64,000 nucleotides of DNA from Zancudomyces culisetae HAW-14-8 (lineage: Eukaryota > Fungi > Kickxellomycota). Positions 11,400 to 21,659 of this stretch are shown here, piece by piece; within the stretch, counting starts at the first letter, position 1; every line of letters begins with the position of its first letter. Where the stretch lies: assembly GCA_052426225.1 (NCBI GenBank), contig JBNJNM010000013.1:868001-932000 (forward strand), written 5' to 3'. Made by a program: the position numbers and the translations under genes. The notes below the pieces were generated by a model, which did not search any database, had not been told where the DNA came from, and saw only the letters and a list, made by a program, of their open reading frames with translations.

Positions 11400-14300
11400 A
11401 TTTTTGTGGTGTCTGACTTGCAAATTTTTTTTTCAAACATGGGTTGAATAACTAAACATTACACAGAAAAATATAGAGTTACCACATAGTATTGGTTTGG
11501 TCGTTTCGGCTCTTGTATTTAACGCCCCAGCTAGCGGAGTTGTGGAAAATAAACACCTTCATTGAGCACCGTTCTCTTACCCACAGGTATTGGAGTTGAC
11601 AAGTGTTGTACTACACTTTCTGGTTTTAGTATCTGGAAATATCAACGAAATGATATATTAGAGTATTCAAGCTTTGATTTGGTTTTACAAGTGGCATTGT
11701 TGTTTTTCAAAACTATTATTGAAAAATATGAAGGGTGGAAACCCTAGTGTACTGGCTCAAGTTGCAAGCTGTTTTGTTTTGGTTATATCAAGTTTGATAT
11801 GAATGAGAGTACCGATATATTAGTAGTAGAGTTCAAGCGAGATAAAAATCTAAGCGAATAGAAAACCATGTTAATTGGTGGGAGGAGCGGGTGTTGTTAT
11901 CGAAAATATGGTTGTATGCAAAAGTTTGTGCAATCAACTATAAGTGGAGTTATTATTGCACCATTTTGTGAAAGAATTCATGGTGTGAGAGTACAGCGGT
12001 ATTTGAGTTTATGGGACTGATGGTTTGTGTATTTCAAAAGTGAATAGTTGTGCTGAATAAACGTGAGGGTTTGATGTTTATTTACTTTGGCTTGACTATA
12101 TTGGAATAACACATTCTTGGGTTCTGATCCTCAACTCTTTAAATACAATCAGTATAACCATTATAGATATGATAGTAGTCACGCTAAGTAGGTGAATATT
12201 CATAATACCAAGTCGAGCTGGGTGTATGAATGTCAATTGGGTTTGTTTCGTAATTCATAGAAATAGTGCTGTTTTTATGGCTGTACTTTGTTAAATCTGC
12301 AGTTTCGCTCGGTTATTCACATGAATTGGTTGAAGTAACATATTGTGTCAAACAACCTACTCACCAACGGGAGGAAATGCAAAGAGTGATGTTTCCTGCT
12401 TATTTTTATATGCGTTATTCAGTATTCCGTTTTAGACGATTTTAATAGTTTCAACCAACATACCGATACAATGTTAGCATCCACTTCAAGTACTCATTGC
12501 TTGATGGTAATAAATTGGTGAGTTCTGAGTGAAAAAAACTATTTAAAAGTTTAATGTGTTGTGTTCAGGGTTGTATAGCAAAGTAAGGCGGATAGTGTAT
12601 TTTATCAAAGCTGTTACAAAAAATAGAATGTAGTGTGACGTATTTGTTGGTAGATAAGCCCTATTTTCCATGAGCAGACGAGAAAAAAACAATATAAATA
12701 CCTTGAAAAAAAGCAGCACATAAACATAAAGAATTACCCAAGTGTAGCAGGAATAAAGAAAATCGTTAGGAACCACACTCTCCCTGCACGACCATGTGGG
12801 GAGGGGGTGAGAGAGGTTTAAAATCGATAGCTATGGATGTGGTGATAATAGAATAACAGGGCATGGTGGTGTTTGAGATATTTGCTTGATCAAAGTAGAG
12901 ATAGTTATACCGGCATTTACTATCGAGAACCAGATAGCAATACTGTTAATACGACCAAGAGTATGGCAAAGTTACCCTTGGGTTGAACAGTGAGAAAAAG
13001 TGTGAATATACATATCCACTAAAAAAAACCAGAGATCAGCTTCTCTAAACGATAAAGTAAAATGTAGAAATGGAACACCAAATAACCTCAACAAACCTGA
13101 TCGAAATACTATGTATCGATATGCCAGGACAATCGTTAGAAGTATGTGGTAAAACAAAGCAAACGAATCTGTTGTGAATAGTTATCTCAAGAATTTGTTG
13201 GATATATTTTCGTTCAGCAGAAATGGTGGGTTGAAAGTATCACATTTATTGCTGAGTGTACGCAGTATACAAACACCAATAATATAATCAGAGGTGGATG
13301 TAGCAATGCATCATCAGTATGGATACAAGTGTAATCTAGTTGTGGAGAATAAAGCAGATACTAAATTCGGCTACAAAAATGTCAAAGAACAACTAGTAGG
13401 CGGAACGGTTGCTTTATATCGAGTTGTTTAATGAAGGTGTGGGAGTTTGGTATTAATAAATGTCGAGAGATGACAGCATATGGGATGATGTTTAATGGAT
13501 TGAGACCATATATTTACAGGCAGATTTTAACAAGGAAACGGTACGGCAAATAATTGATGTTCAAAGAATACGCTTTAAAAAAAAAGGAAACCAGTGCACA
13601 ACTTGTAAGGCAAAGTAGCGAGTTTTTTCGATATTCAATGACAAGCCGAAAATTGTTGAAGATCCTGAAGCAAGAAATTATACATATTTCATGCTACAGT
13701 TGTTAAGAAGGATTATACCATATGATCCAAGGATGCATTTAGCATGTATTGCAACATTGGTTATTCAGAGAATGTTGGAAATGATGAGGAGTTGGACTAG
13801 TACAGAAACATCAGACTGGTGCTCAGGTGGCTGTTATAGTTTTCATACATCTTTTAATTATCAATATTTCACCAAATAAATACTAAATAAACACCACATA
13901 AAACTGCAAAAACAATAATTTTACGTAGTATATATCTGATCACCCCCTTTCTGTCCTTTTAGAATCTTTATATCCTCCTGTTGTAATGTCAACAACAATC
14001 TAACGATGTTTACATAAGCCGTCCCAAAAATAGATATAACTTATAGGAACTAAAGAAGCCTGATAATGACAATAAATATAGAAAGGATAAACAGACCTAA
14101 AAAGAGACAACTGCTTTTTGAGTATCTTTAGTATCTATTAACAGAAATATGGTTAGGACCTAGGGTCTTGAGAAACACATAAATAAACAGCATATATTAT
14201 CATAACAACACGTGATCATTACCACACTCCAAACACCGCACATTAACATATCTTTCCAAATCCTTAGATGTGATTCTATCTGACCTGCGTTGTTCGGTTT

Positions 14301-14408
14301 GCTCTTTGCATCAATCAGCACAATATGGGTTGTAAATAACTGGACTATATGCAAGATCAAAAACATAAAAAATTCATTTATTTTTTTATACTAAACAAAA
14401 AAAAACAG

Positions 14409-14465
14409 TAGCCCGAAGGCTAACAATAATAATGCCCAGCTTGGAAATATACCAAAAGTTGGGCA
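14409..14465 (-). promoter_or_regulatory. Two stem-loops in the presumed HAC1 3' UTR
   Basis: mRNA sense UGCCCAACUU...AAGCUGGGCA (14465..14433) and UAGCC-UUCG-GGCUA (14422..14409, cUUCGg tetraloop). Confidence 0.45.
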
Positions 14466-14487
14466 AATGATTATCTAAAATACAAGA

Positions 14488-15672
14488 TTAAAAGTTAAAT
14501 AACGGAGTCAAGTCCTGCAATGAAGCAGCTCCGCTCTCACTATTAAAAGTCGGGCCCAAATCTGGAACCCCGCCCGTGGCATTGATTAGTTCGAGTAGCT
14601 CGTTTTCAGAAACGGGCTCCAGTGCTCCAACTTGAGGAAGCAAGGGGTACAAATCTTTTTGTACACAGGTATTTGTTTCGAGGGAAACGCCATTTGTAAC
14701 GCAGGAGTTGATAAAATCCCAGTCTATTCCAGAATCACTCACATGTTTGGCAGGCACTAAAGGTTGAGCAACCTCTCCTCCTATACCCGAAAGCCCATCT
14801 ACCTCTAGTTTACTTTGCAGATGACCTTTATACAGCTCTTTAAGCAAAAAATCATTTAAGACGGAAACCTCTGCTGCTGAGAATTGTGTTGCTGATTAGA
14901 TGTAAACGCTTATGCGTATCTATTCTTATGCACACAACTGGGCGAGTACTGCTGACTCGCACAAGTCTCCGTTGATATAGCTATAAGTGCTGGATTCGGA
15001 ATCTGCTAGTGAACTAGAGCGTAGCGAACTTGAGCATACAGAAGATGGTCTCTCAACGCTATAGGGTGCCAACATGTGACTGTCTCCGATAAGACCTACA
15101 AATGTCTTTTCTGACTCTGTGTCTGTAAGACAAGAGCTATTATAACCTCCGGATATATCATCCTTTAGAATCCCTGCGCCTAAAGATTCTGCTTTGGTCC
15201 CACTCACCAATCCCATAATATTTTTCATGCATTTTTCCAGCTCCATCCTCCGGGCCTCCGACTTTTGATATAGATCAGCCAGCCGCTGATTCTCTTCAAC
15301 CAAGTATTTATTCTCCTCCTCTAAGCTCTTTGTAAGCACCTTTTTCTTCTCCCTAGATCGCTGAGCTGCTAGTCTGTTTCTCAGAGTTCGCGCCTTCTTT
15401 CTATTTAGCGATTCAATTTCGTCTATGGGCCCACCTTTCTTGACTGGTCTTCCTGAACGTAGCTTGCGTGAACTACCATCACTCAGGCCAGACGTAGTAC
15501 CCGGACTTTCATCCCCTGTGCTCAAATCCAGTTCATCAACTTTTCTCTTTCTGTCGACAATGGAAATGTTATCTTCATTTTCTGCCTTGAGTTCCTCTCC
15601 AGCCTTTTGTACCTGGGGCAAGACAGCACCAGAAGTTAAACCAATGCCATAACTCGATAAGATACTGTCCAT
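14488..15672 (-). CDS. HAC1: HAC1/XBP1-type UPR bZIP transcription factor; unspliced 248 aa (15672..14926), IRE1-spliced 369 aa (15672..14952 + 14876..14488)
   Basis: Basic region RKKARTLRNRLAAQRSREKKK plus leucine zipper. ESA(V/A) junction peptide like XBP1 ESAA. Two CNG'CAGN hairpins; splicing fuses the two same-frame ORFs. Confidence 0.9.
14877..14951 (-). other. Unconventional (IRE1-cleaved) 75-nt intron
   Basis: 5' hairpin GCGAGT-[CAG^CAGT]-ACTCGC (14960..14942); 3' hairpin TTCT-[CAG^CAGC]-AGAG (14883..14869); basal stem GGAGACTT/AGGTTTCC; contains in-frame TAA, TAG, TAA. Confidence 0.88.
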
Positions 15673-17604
15673 AATTCTCTTTTACAGATTTAGATGGGTT
15701 ATTTGATATGCTGAATTGGGGTGTTTATGCTGAGATCTTAAAAAGGAAACGTGATGAATGTTAACGGTCTTTTTTTCGAATGAATGGTTTTACTAAAAAT
15801 TTCAGAGTCCTTTTCCGTCCATATTTATACTTTGCTGGTGAAATTATTTCGGAGAAAGTTTCATCTCTTCAAAGGAGTATTAAAAGCTGAAATCTTGGTT
15901 ATTAATACAAATTGGTATATTTTTAGACTGACTGTTTGAGTGTGGAAATTTTTTATTGGCTCTTTTATATGTCGCAATTTTTAATTCCCCAATAAACAAC
16001 AACCCTCTACAAATTAGAACCAAACTCTCTATAAATTATGTAATCTGATGAAAAATCTGTAATTAATTCAGGTTTCGACAGAAAAAGCAATGAATGTTGC
16101 CCTATTTCCGGTTTTACATGTCTTTCTTAGTCACAAAAACAAAACTGCAACGCTGGAAATTGACAATAGGAAGATGGGGGAAGGGTAAAATGTCGGTATT
16201 TTGTGGAAAATATCAGAATTTTAAAGAAAATTTCTAGAAACTTCTGTGCTTTCAAAACAATGCAAATGTGTAAACGTTTCGCCACAAACGAGTACCCAAA
16301 AATAATAACGCTGTTGCTTGTTTGTATCCACCAAACATTTATACACTTTTTCCCATAGAAAGCTTGATGATATAACTGAGAATATTCAATTCGCCAATGG
16401 CTAATAGGGTATTTGCCCCCAAATGAGAGGAGTTTCAAGAGATTGTTTCTTTGCGTTGTGAAAAAAAAACGTATTTTTGAAGGTTGCCTCAAAACCACAG
16501 CATCGTAGAGTGATGTAGTTTAGAAATGAACTAGGGCTAGTACCCCATTATGTGTGGCAATGTATTGTGGTAGGTATGGCCGTCCCTATTCTGTATATTA
16601 CAGAAAATGGTAGGCCAACAAAAATGGCGATAAAGTTTGTTTAATGTACTGTTTTTTGCCATTCACATCTATTTGAAAAAGAAAGTCTCACACCACACTA
16701 TGGGATCACAAAATGAGACAAAAGCCGTCTAGCTAATCAGTTGGTAGACCACAAAACTGATTGTACAGATAAGATCAGGTTTAATGTAACGCACTACGCT
16801 GGAGATAGTGCATAGGCTGATGGCCTACACAATTTTCAAATCAACCTGCTTTATCTTTTCTTTCCATCCCCCTTTTTTTTAATTACAGTGTGGCCATGTA
16901 GGATCGGTTCAGGTAACAACATCCATAATTACACAATACTGGTTGAGGTTGTGCATCAGACTGCCAAATACAAATATCTCTTCTAAAAAAAACTGTGGTA
17001 TCTTACCAAGAATAGTGGCTATTAAAAACAGAATATTTTTTGTACTCTTCATAACACCGTATTCGTGGTGCAGTCGCTATTCATGGTATATTTCTCTGAA
17101 TGCTATCCAGTTAATATATACGCAAGCAAGATTGAGAAGCAAAAACAGGGAATATTGAGAGAAAAGAGGTGTGTCGTATAATCAGTTTATAGAGTCTAAT
17201 GGTAATAACACTTTTAAACTGTGTAAGCATATTGAGCGTATGCTATTTCAATTATACTGGTACTAAACGTTATATAATATACGCGCTATGATTTTATGGT
17301 TGCATCAAATAAATATATACCCTAATTCTAATCCCTATCTCAAATATTCAAAACTTGCTGTATTTCAAATTTTGAATTGCTGACGAATAAAACACAAGTA
17401 AAATATCCCTTTTTGTTGTAAACGCTCTGGTGAAATAACAATAGGTTTGGTATATTGCTTTGTTTTATTGACACTAGGGATTCTGCATTTCTGCCTTTAG
17501 CTTTTATTTAGATCCCTATCCAATTTAAGGAAATATTAATAGATCCTTCAATAAAATAAAAAAAAGAATTGGTATAGTAATATACCGGGGGCAGACGAAT
17601 ACAA

Positions 17605-20600
17605 ATGGCTGAGCCTTGGAGCTTTCAAACAGAATTTGGACACTATGTATATCCAGTATTGGGAATATACAGCGACACAATCGCTGAAATGAAAAGCGAG
17701 TATGGTAGACGAGTGGCACGGACGCTTGTTGATCATTTCACTACTTTTAAAACAGACGATACTTTTGATAAAGCGCCTAAAACTAAAGAACTTGAACAAC
17801 TGTGGTACCCAGTAAGGCGGAATTGGAAAGTAGTGGACTTAAAAGATGTAATACAAAAGAAAAAGGATTTAACAAAGGAAAAGGGGATGATTCTGCATAG
17901 TAGCTGGATAGAAAAGTTTCAAAACTTGCCCTCAGTGACGATTTCGTTTTATGAATTAGACGATGAGCAGGCGATTGTGGAGAAAATCAAAAAAATAATC
18001 GAAAACAACAACGTGCTCCATACTGTAGTCGTAATTCTGGATCAAAAACAGTACGAAACTTATGGGACGGACGCCAGGCTTTCACATATATGCAAAGAAT
18101 CTGGAATCGACATGCATCATCTAGCGGTGAGCAGACCAGGGAACAGAGAGTACATTGAGGAATTTTTGAATGGATTAGAGTTGGGGTTGCGCACAGATGC
18201 AATATTGTACTACTCGGGTAGAATAGCTGAAAAGCAGCAAAAGCTGGCCGATTTGATTAATTTGGATGCGAGGAATGATATACAACCAAGATTTCAAAAT
18301 GACAGAGAAAGAGACAAATCAGCAGACAGAGAAAAGGACTCAAATGCTGTCACTACAGGAAAACTGGTTAGACAATACCTAAAATTGAGCTACTTTGCGG
18401 AATGTAGCGAAGATAACGAGACCAAGAAACACTGTATTAAGGAGGGGTATAGACAGATACAGACATATCTGCGAGAATTAATCATAGACGAGCGATACCA
18501 GAGTAAAGAAGCGGAATCAAATACTGATGTCGGGGTGAGTGGCGATACTGATACACCTACAGAAAATGACGTACTGGACAAAGCGGTTTATAAAGAATGG
18601 GAAAAGAGTGCAAAAACGCTTGAATTTACCAAGAACAAAGAATGGATAGAAGGAATCAACGTTATGAACACTCTTTGTTTGCGGATGGAAAGGGAGGCAA
18701 TAAAGGAAAAACAGGAAAGTCCTCGATCGCAACACCTTGAAAACTTTAGGCAGCTGCTTGAACTTTCTGGAATCGACACGAACCACGTGTGGTATTACTT
18801 GATGGCACACATTTTGGCATCGTTTATTCCTATTTACAAAGTAGTTCTTGCCAACAATCTGCAAATTTCGAACACCAGTTTGAAGTTTGCAGTTACAGAA
18901 AAGCTAGTGGATATAATTAATACAACGATAACAAATGCTGGATCTATAGAACTATGTACAGCACTTACCTTTGTATCTGCGGCCAGAATAATGAAGCAAC
19001 AACTTGTTAAGGGGTTTGAAATGTTTAATGATACAGCGGGGCAAATAGTAAGTGTAGATGAAAAAAGTGTCTGGAATCAAGGACTGTATTATGCACTAGA
19101 AAGCAGGCAATATTACACAAGCGAACGATGGAGTATTAGGGTGGATTCAGTGATTGCAGAATGTCTACTATACGGGGGAAGTGAAGATTCCGGGATCAAA
19201 AAGTTTCGGCTGCTTGTTAATTCATTTAGAGAACAGCGCTGGTATTCGTTGCTAGTAGATTCGTTGTTAAAACTTAAAGATGTTGGAGATGTAAATAATA
19301 GGTTTAGGTGTTTGGTTGAGCTTTCTGCAATAGGAGGACATACGTTTAGTGGATTTGCTAACGCGTGGCAGGAAATACTGGAGAATGAGGAGGGAGTAGA
19401 TGTAGAAATTGACTTGACAGCGATGGTTCCGATTTTTAACATTAGTGCAGAGTTTTTAGATATTCAGACAAAAGATCGAAAAAAAGTGCCGTACAAAGTG
19501 GAGATTACTACCAAGCTGTCTAAAAAAATAGAGGCAAACAAAGTCGTAGTGGAACTAGACCCACCTGGTGCCAGTGATTTGGTGGTTGATGATGTAGTCC
19601 TTGAGAGCGGTGCGAATTCATGTTATAGACTTTATGGGTTAGCGAGTATAGGTCAAAATTCGCTTAACACAATGCAAATAAATCGGGTGACTGTAGTTGT
19701 TCAGGGAAAAGGAGGGAGAGCAAGGTTTGTACACGAGTTCAAGAACAAGTGGAGCCATCCACACAAAGTTGTAAACGATCGGAGTTTTGAAGTACCAAAA
19801 ACGATATGGCAGCGATTAAAACCAGGGAATATGATGCGGGAATTGGGAGTCAAAATCGTGAATTTAGAACAGCTGAATAGTTTTATTTTTGGTGAAAAAG
19901 TGGGGCTCAAAGTGCTAGTACACAACACGGATAGCAGGGATGAGGTACGACTAAGAATATCAAAGCTGGAAGTAGTGTTGCTGGGAAATGTTGGGGAAAA
20001 AAGCGCAGTTTTAAAGACATTTACAAAGTCAATTAACCATGTCTTGAGCAAAGGTGATGAAGTGACGGAAAATATAAACATTGAGATACCGAATAGACTA
20101 GATGAAGGGTTTACGGGAACAGCGAATTTAAGCAGCGAAAACACTACTAAACACATGGTTGGCGAGAGTCACAATAATGCCACTCTACACAACTATATGG
20201 CCACATTAAAATGTAATGTAGAATATTGCGAAGAAGGTGATGCGAGTGTGGTTCAAGTGTTCCAGCATAGTATTGAGGATACTATGATGGTAACCAATCC
20301 ACTCAGATGCGATGCACTATTGGTGCATGGCCAGACAGACGAACGCGAGCATATCCGATTCACGATATCCAACATAACACATAATTCTGGATTGGAGCTG
20401 CTCGAGTGTGGGGAACACAAGGCAATAAACACAACTCTGCTTCTTGGAGACCAGCCACGGGTTTTTGAGATGGCAGATACGCCAGAATACGTTGATATTA
20501 AATTGGCACGCTGCGGGAATACGAGTGATGGTGCGAATTTCTCGGTAGTTAGGTATCAATTAAACTACTTTAGCAGTGAATGCGATAAAAACGAAATTGG

Positions 20601-21468
20601 TAACCAACACACTGTCGCTGAAAGTGCGGTTAACTCTAAAGAAGGCGATAGAAGTAGGGATAACAAGCTCAGAGATAAGGAGAGAGACAAGAAAAATACG
20701 AACACTGGTTATACTGATGGCCCACTTGCGGTGGTCTCGATGTTGTCAGAACCAAAGGTGGTTTATGGCCAGCCCAAGCTAGTACAGTATAAAATAACCA
20801 ACATGAGTACAATTGGGAATTTCAGACCCAAAAGACGCGATATATCTGCAAATATAACTTCAACTACAACTGCGATGACGTCGGATGAAAAGAGAAGAGC
20901 AAAAGCAAATACTACGCACTTGCAAAATAAATACTATTACAATCATCATTCTAAACAAACAGCACCTCGATCGATTACCTTGGATATTTCAATGGTGCCT
21001 ATGGAAAATGTGGTATTTTCTGGGCACAAGCGGCTGACGTACCGATTATTACCAGGAAAATCACTGCTTCTTAGCTACATCATGGTGTTTCTATCATATA
21101 ACCAAGAATTGCCCAAACTACTAGTAACTTGTACAAACACTCCCGAAAACACCCCAGCAAATCCCAACAAAAAAAATGATGCGAAAAACAGGATTGGTGG
21201 TAAATTGGAAACTCTGCAATCATCGCCAAAACCAAGCACTAATGCTAATACTGGTACTAATACTGGTACTGGTACTGGTATCGAATCGGTGGAGGTGATC
21301 GGTTCTACTAACAATGCCGGTGATAGTATTGGTATTAGCAATAACCATGAAACCCAAAGTGATCCCTTGATTTCTTGTTTCAATTTAGATGTAACTTTTG
21401 AGCCCGAAAATATCGTTGAAAATATTATCAGACGTGATCCAACACACCTTTTGGTTGTTCCTCCGTAA
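17605..21468 (+). CDS. TRAPPC11: TRAPP complex subunit 11 (foie gras/gryzun family), divergent
   Basis: 1287-aa single ORF. GMILHSSWIEKFQNLPSVTISFYELD matches the TRAPPC11 N-terminus; YLKLSYFAE, FREQRWYSLL and VVFSGHKRLTYRLLP also fit. Confidence 0.75.
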   Translation: MAEPWSFQTEFGHYVYPVLGIYSDTIAEMKSEYGRRVARTLVDHFTTFKTDDTFDKAPKTKELEQLWYPVRRNWKVVDLKDVIQKKKDLTKEKGMILHSSWIEKFQNLPSVTISFYELDDEQAIVEKIKKIIENNNVLHTVVVILDQKQYETYGTDARLSHICKESGIDMHHLAVSRPGNREYIEEFLNGLELGLRTDAILYYSGRIAEKQQKLADLINLDARNDIQPRFQNDRERDKSADREKDSNAVTTGKLVRQYLKLSYFAECSEDNETKKHCIKEGYRQIQTYLRELIIDERYQSKEAESNTDVGVSGDTDTPTENDVLDKAVYKEWEKSAKTLEFTKNKEWIEGINVMNTLCLRMEREAIKEKQESPRSQHLENFRQLLELSGIDTNHVWYYLMAHILASFIPIYKVVLANNLQISNTSLKFAVTEKLVDIINTTITNAGSIELCTALTFVSAARIMKQQLVKGFEMFNDTAGQIVSVDEKSVWNQGLYYALESRQYYTSERWSIRVDSVIAECLLYGGSEDSGIKKFRLLVNSFREQRWYSLLVDSLLKLKDVGDVNNRFRCLVELSAIGGHTFSGFANAWQEILENEEGVDVEIDLTAMVPIFNISAEFLDIQTKDRKKVPYKVEITTKLSKKIEANKVVVELDPPGASDLVVDDVVLESGANSCYRLYGLASIGQNSLNTMQINRVTVVVQGKGGRARFVHEFKNKWSHPHKVVNDRSFEVPKTIWQRLKPGNMMRELGVKIVNLEQLNSFIFGEKVGLKVLVHNTDSRDEVRLRISKLEVVLLGNVGEKSAVLKTFTKSINHVLSKGDEVTENINIEIPNRLDEGFTGTANLSSENTTKHMVGESHNNATLHNYMATLKCNVEYCEEGDASVVQVFQHSIEDTMMVTNPLRCDALLVHGQTDEREHIRFTISNITHNSGLELLECGEHKAINTTLLLGDQPRVFEMADTPEYVDIKLARCGNTSDGANFSVVRYQLNYFSSECDKNEIGNQHTVAESAVNSKEGDRSRDNKLRDKERDKKNTNTGYTDGPLAVVSMLSEPKVVYGQPKLVQYKITNMSTIGNFRPKRRDISANITSTTTAMTSDEKRRAKANTTHLQNKYYYNHHSKQTAPRSITLDISMVPMENVVFSGHKRLTYRLLPGKSLLLSYIMVFLSYNQELPKLLVTCTNTPENTPANPNKKNDAKNRIGGKLETLQSSPKPSTNANTGTNTGTGTGIESVEVIGSTNNAGDSIGISNNHETQSDPLISCFNLDVTFEPENIVENIIRRDPTHLLVVPP

Positions 21469-21659
21469 GCTTACTATACCTTTCTTTTCGGTCTTTCTGT
21501 TTTCCTTTATTTTCAATGTTTAGCTAATAAACAAAATATAGGTGTAAATGTAACAGCCAATATTTATTTTAGTATATAAAGGGTTCAAAAGAATTACCTC
21601 CCACTATTTTTTAAAAAACGTTGATAGAGATTAAAAATCCTAATGAAAAGCAAAATAAA

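Noticed and set aside
14847-14949. Stop-codon readthrough or a spliceosomal intron joining the two bZIP-gene ORFs
   Set aside because: Three in-frame stops exclude readthrough. GTACTC to the available CAGs gives 58, 73, 76 or 79 nt, all frameshifting. Only the poor donor GTGCAT (57 nt) restores frame, while the IRE1 loops explain the join exactly.
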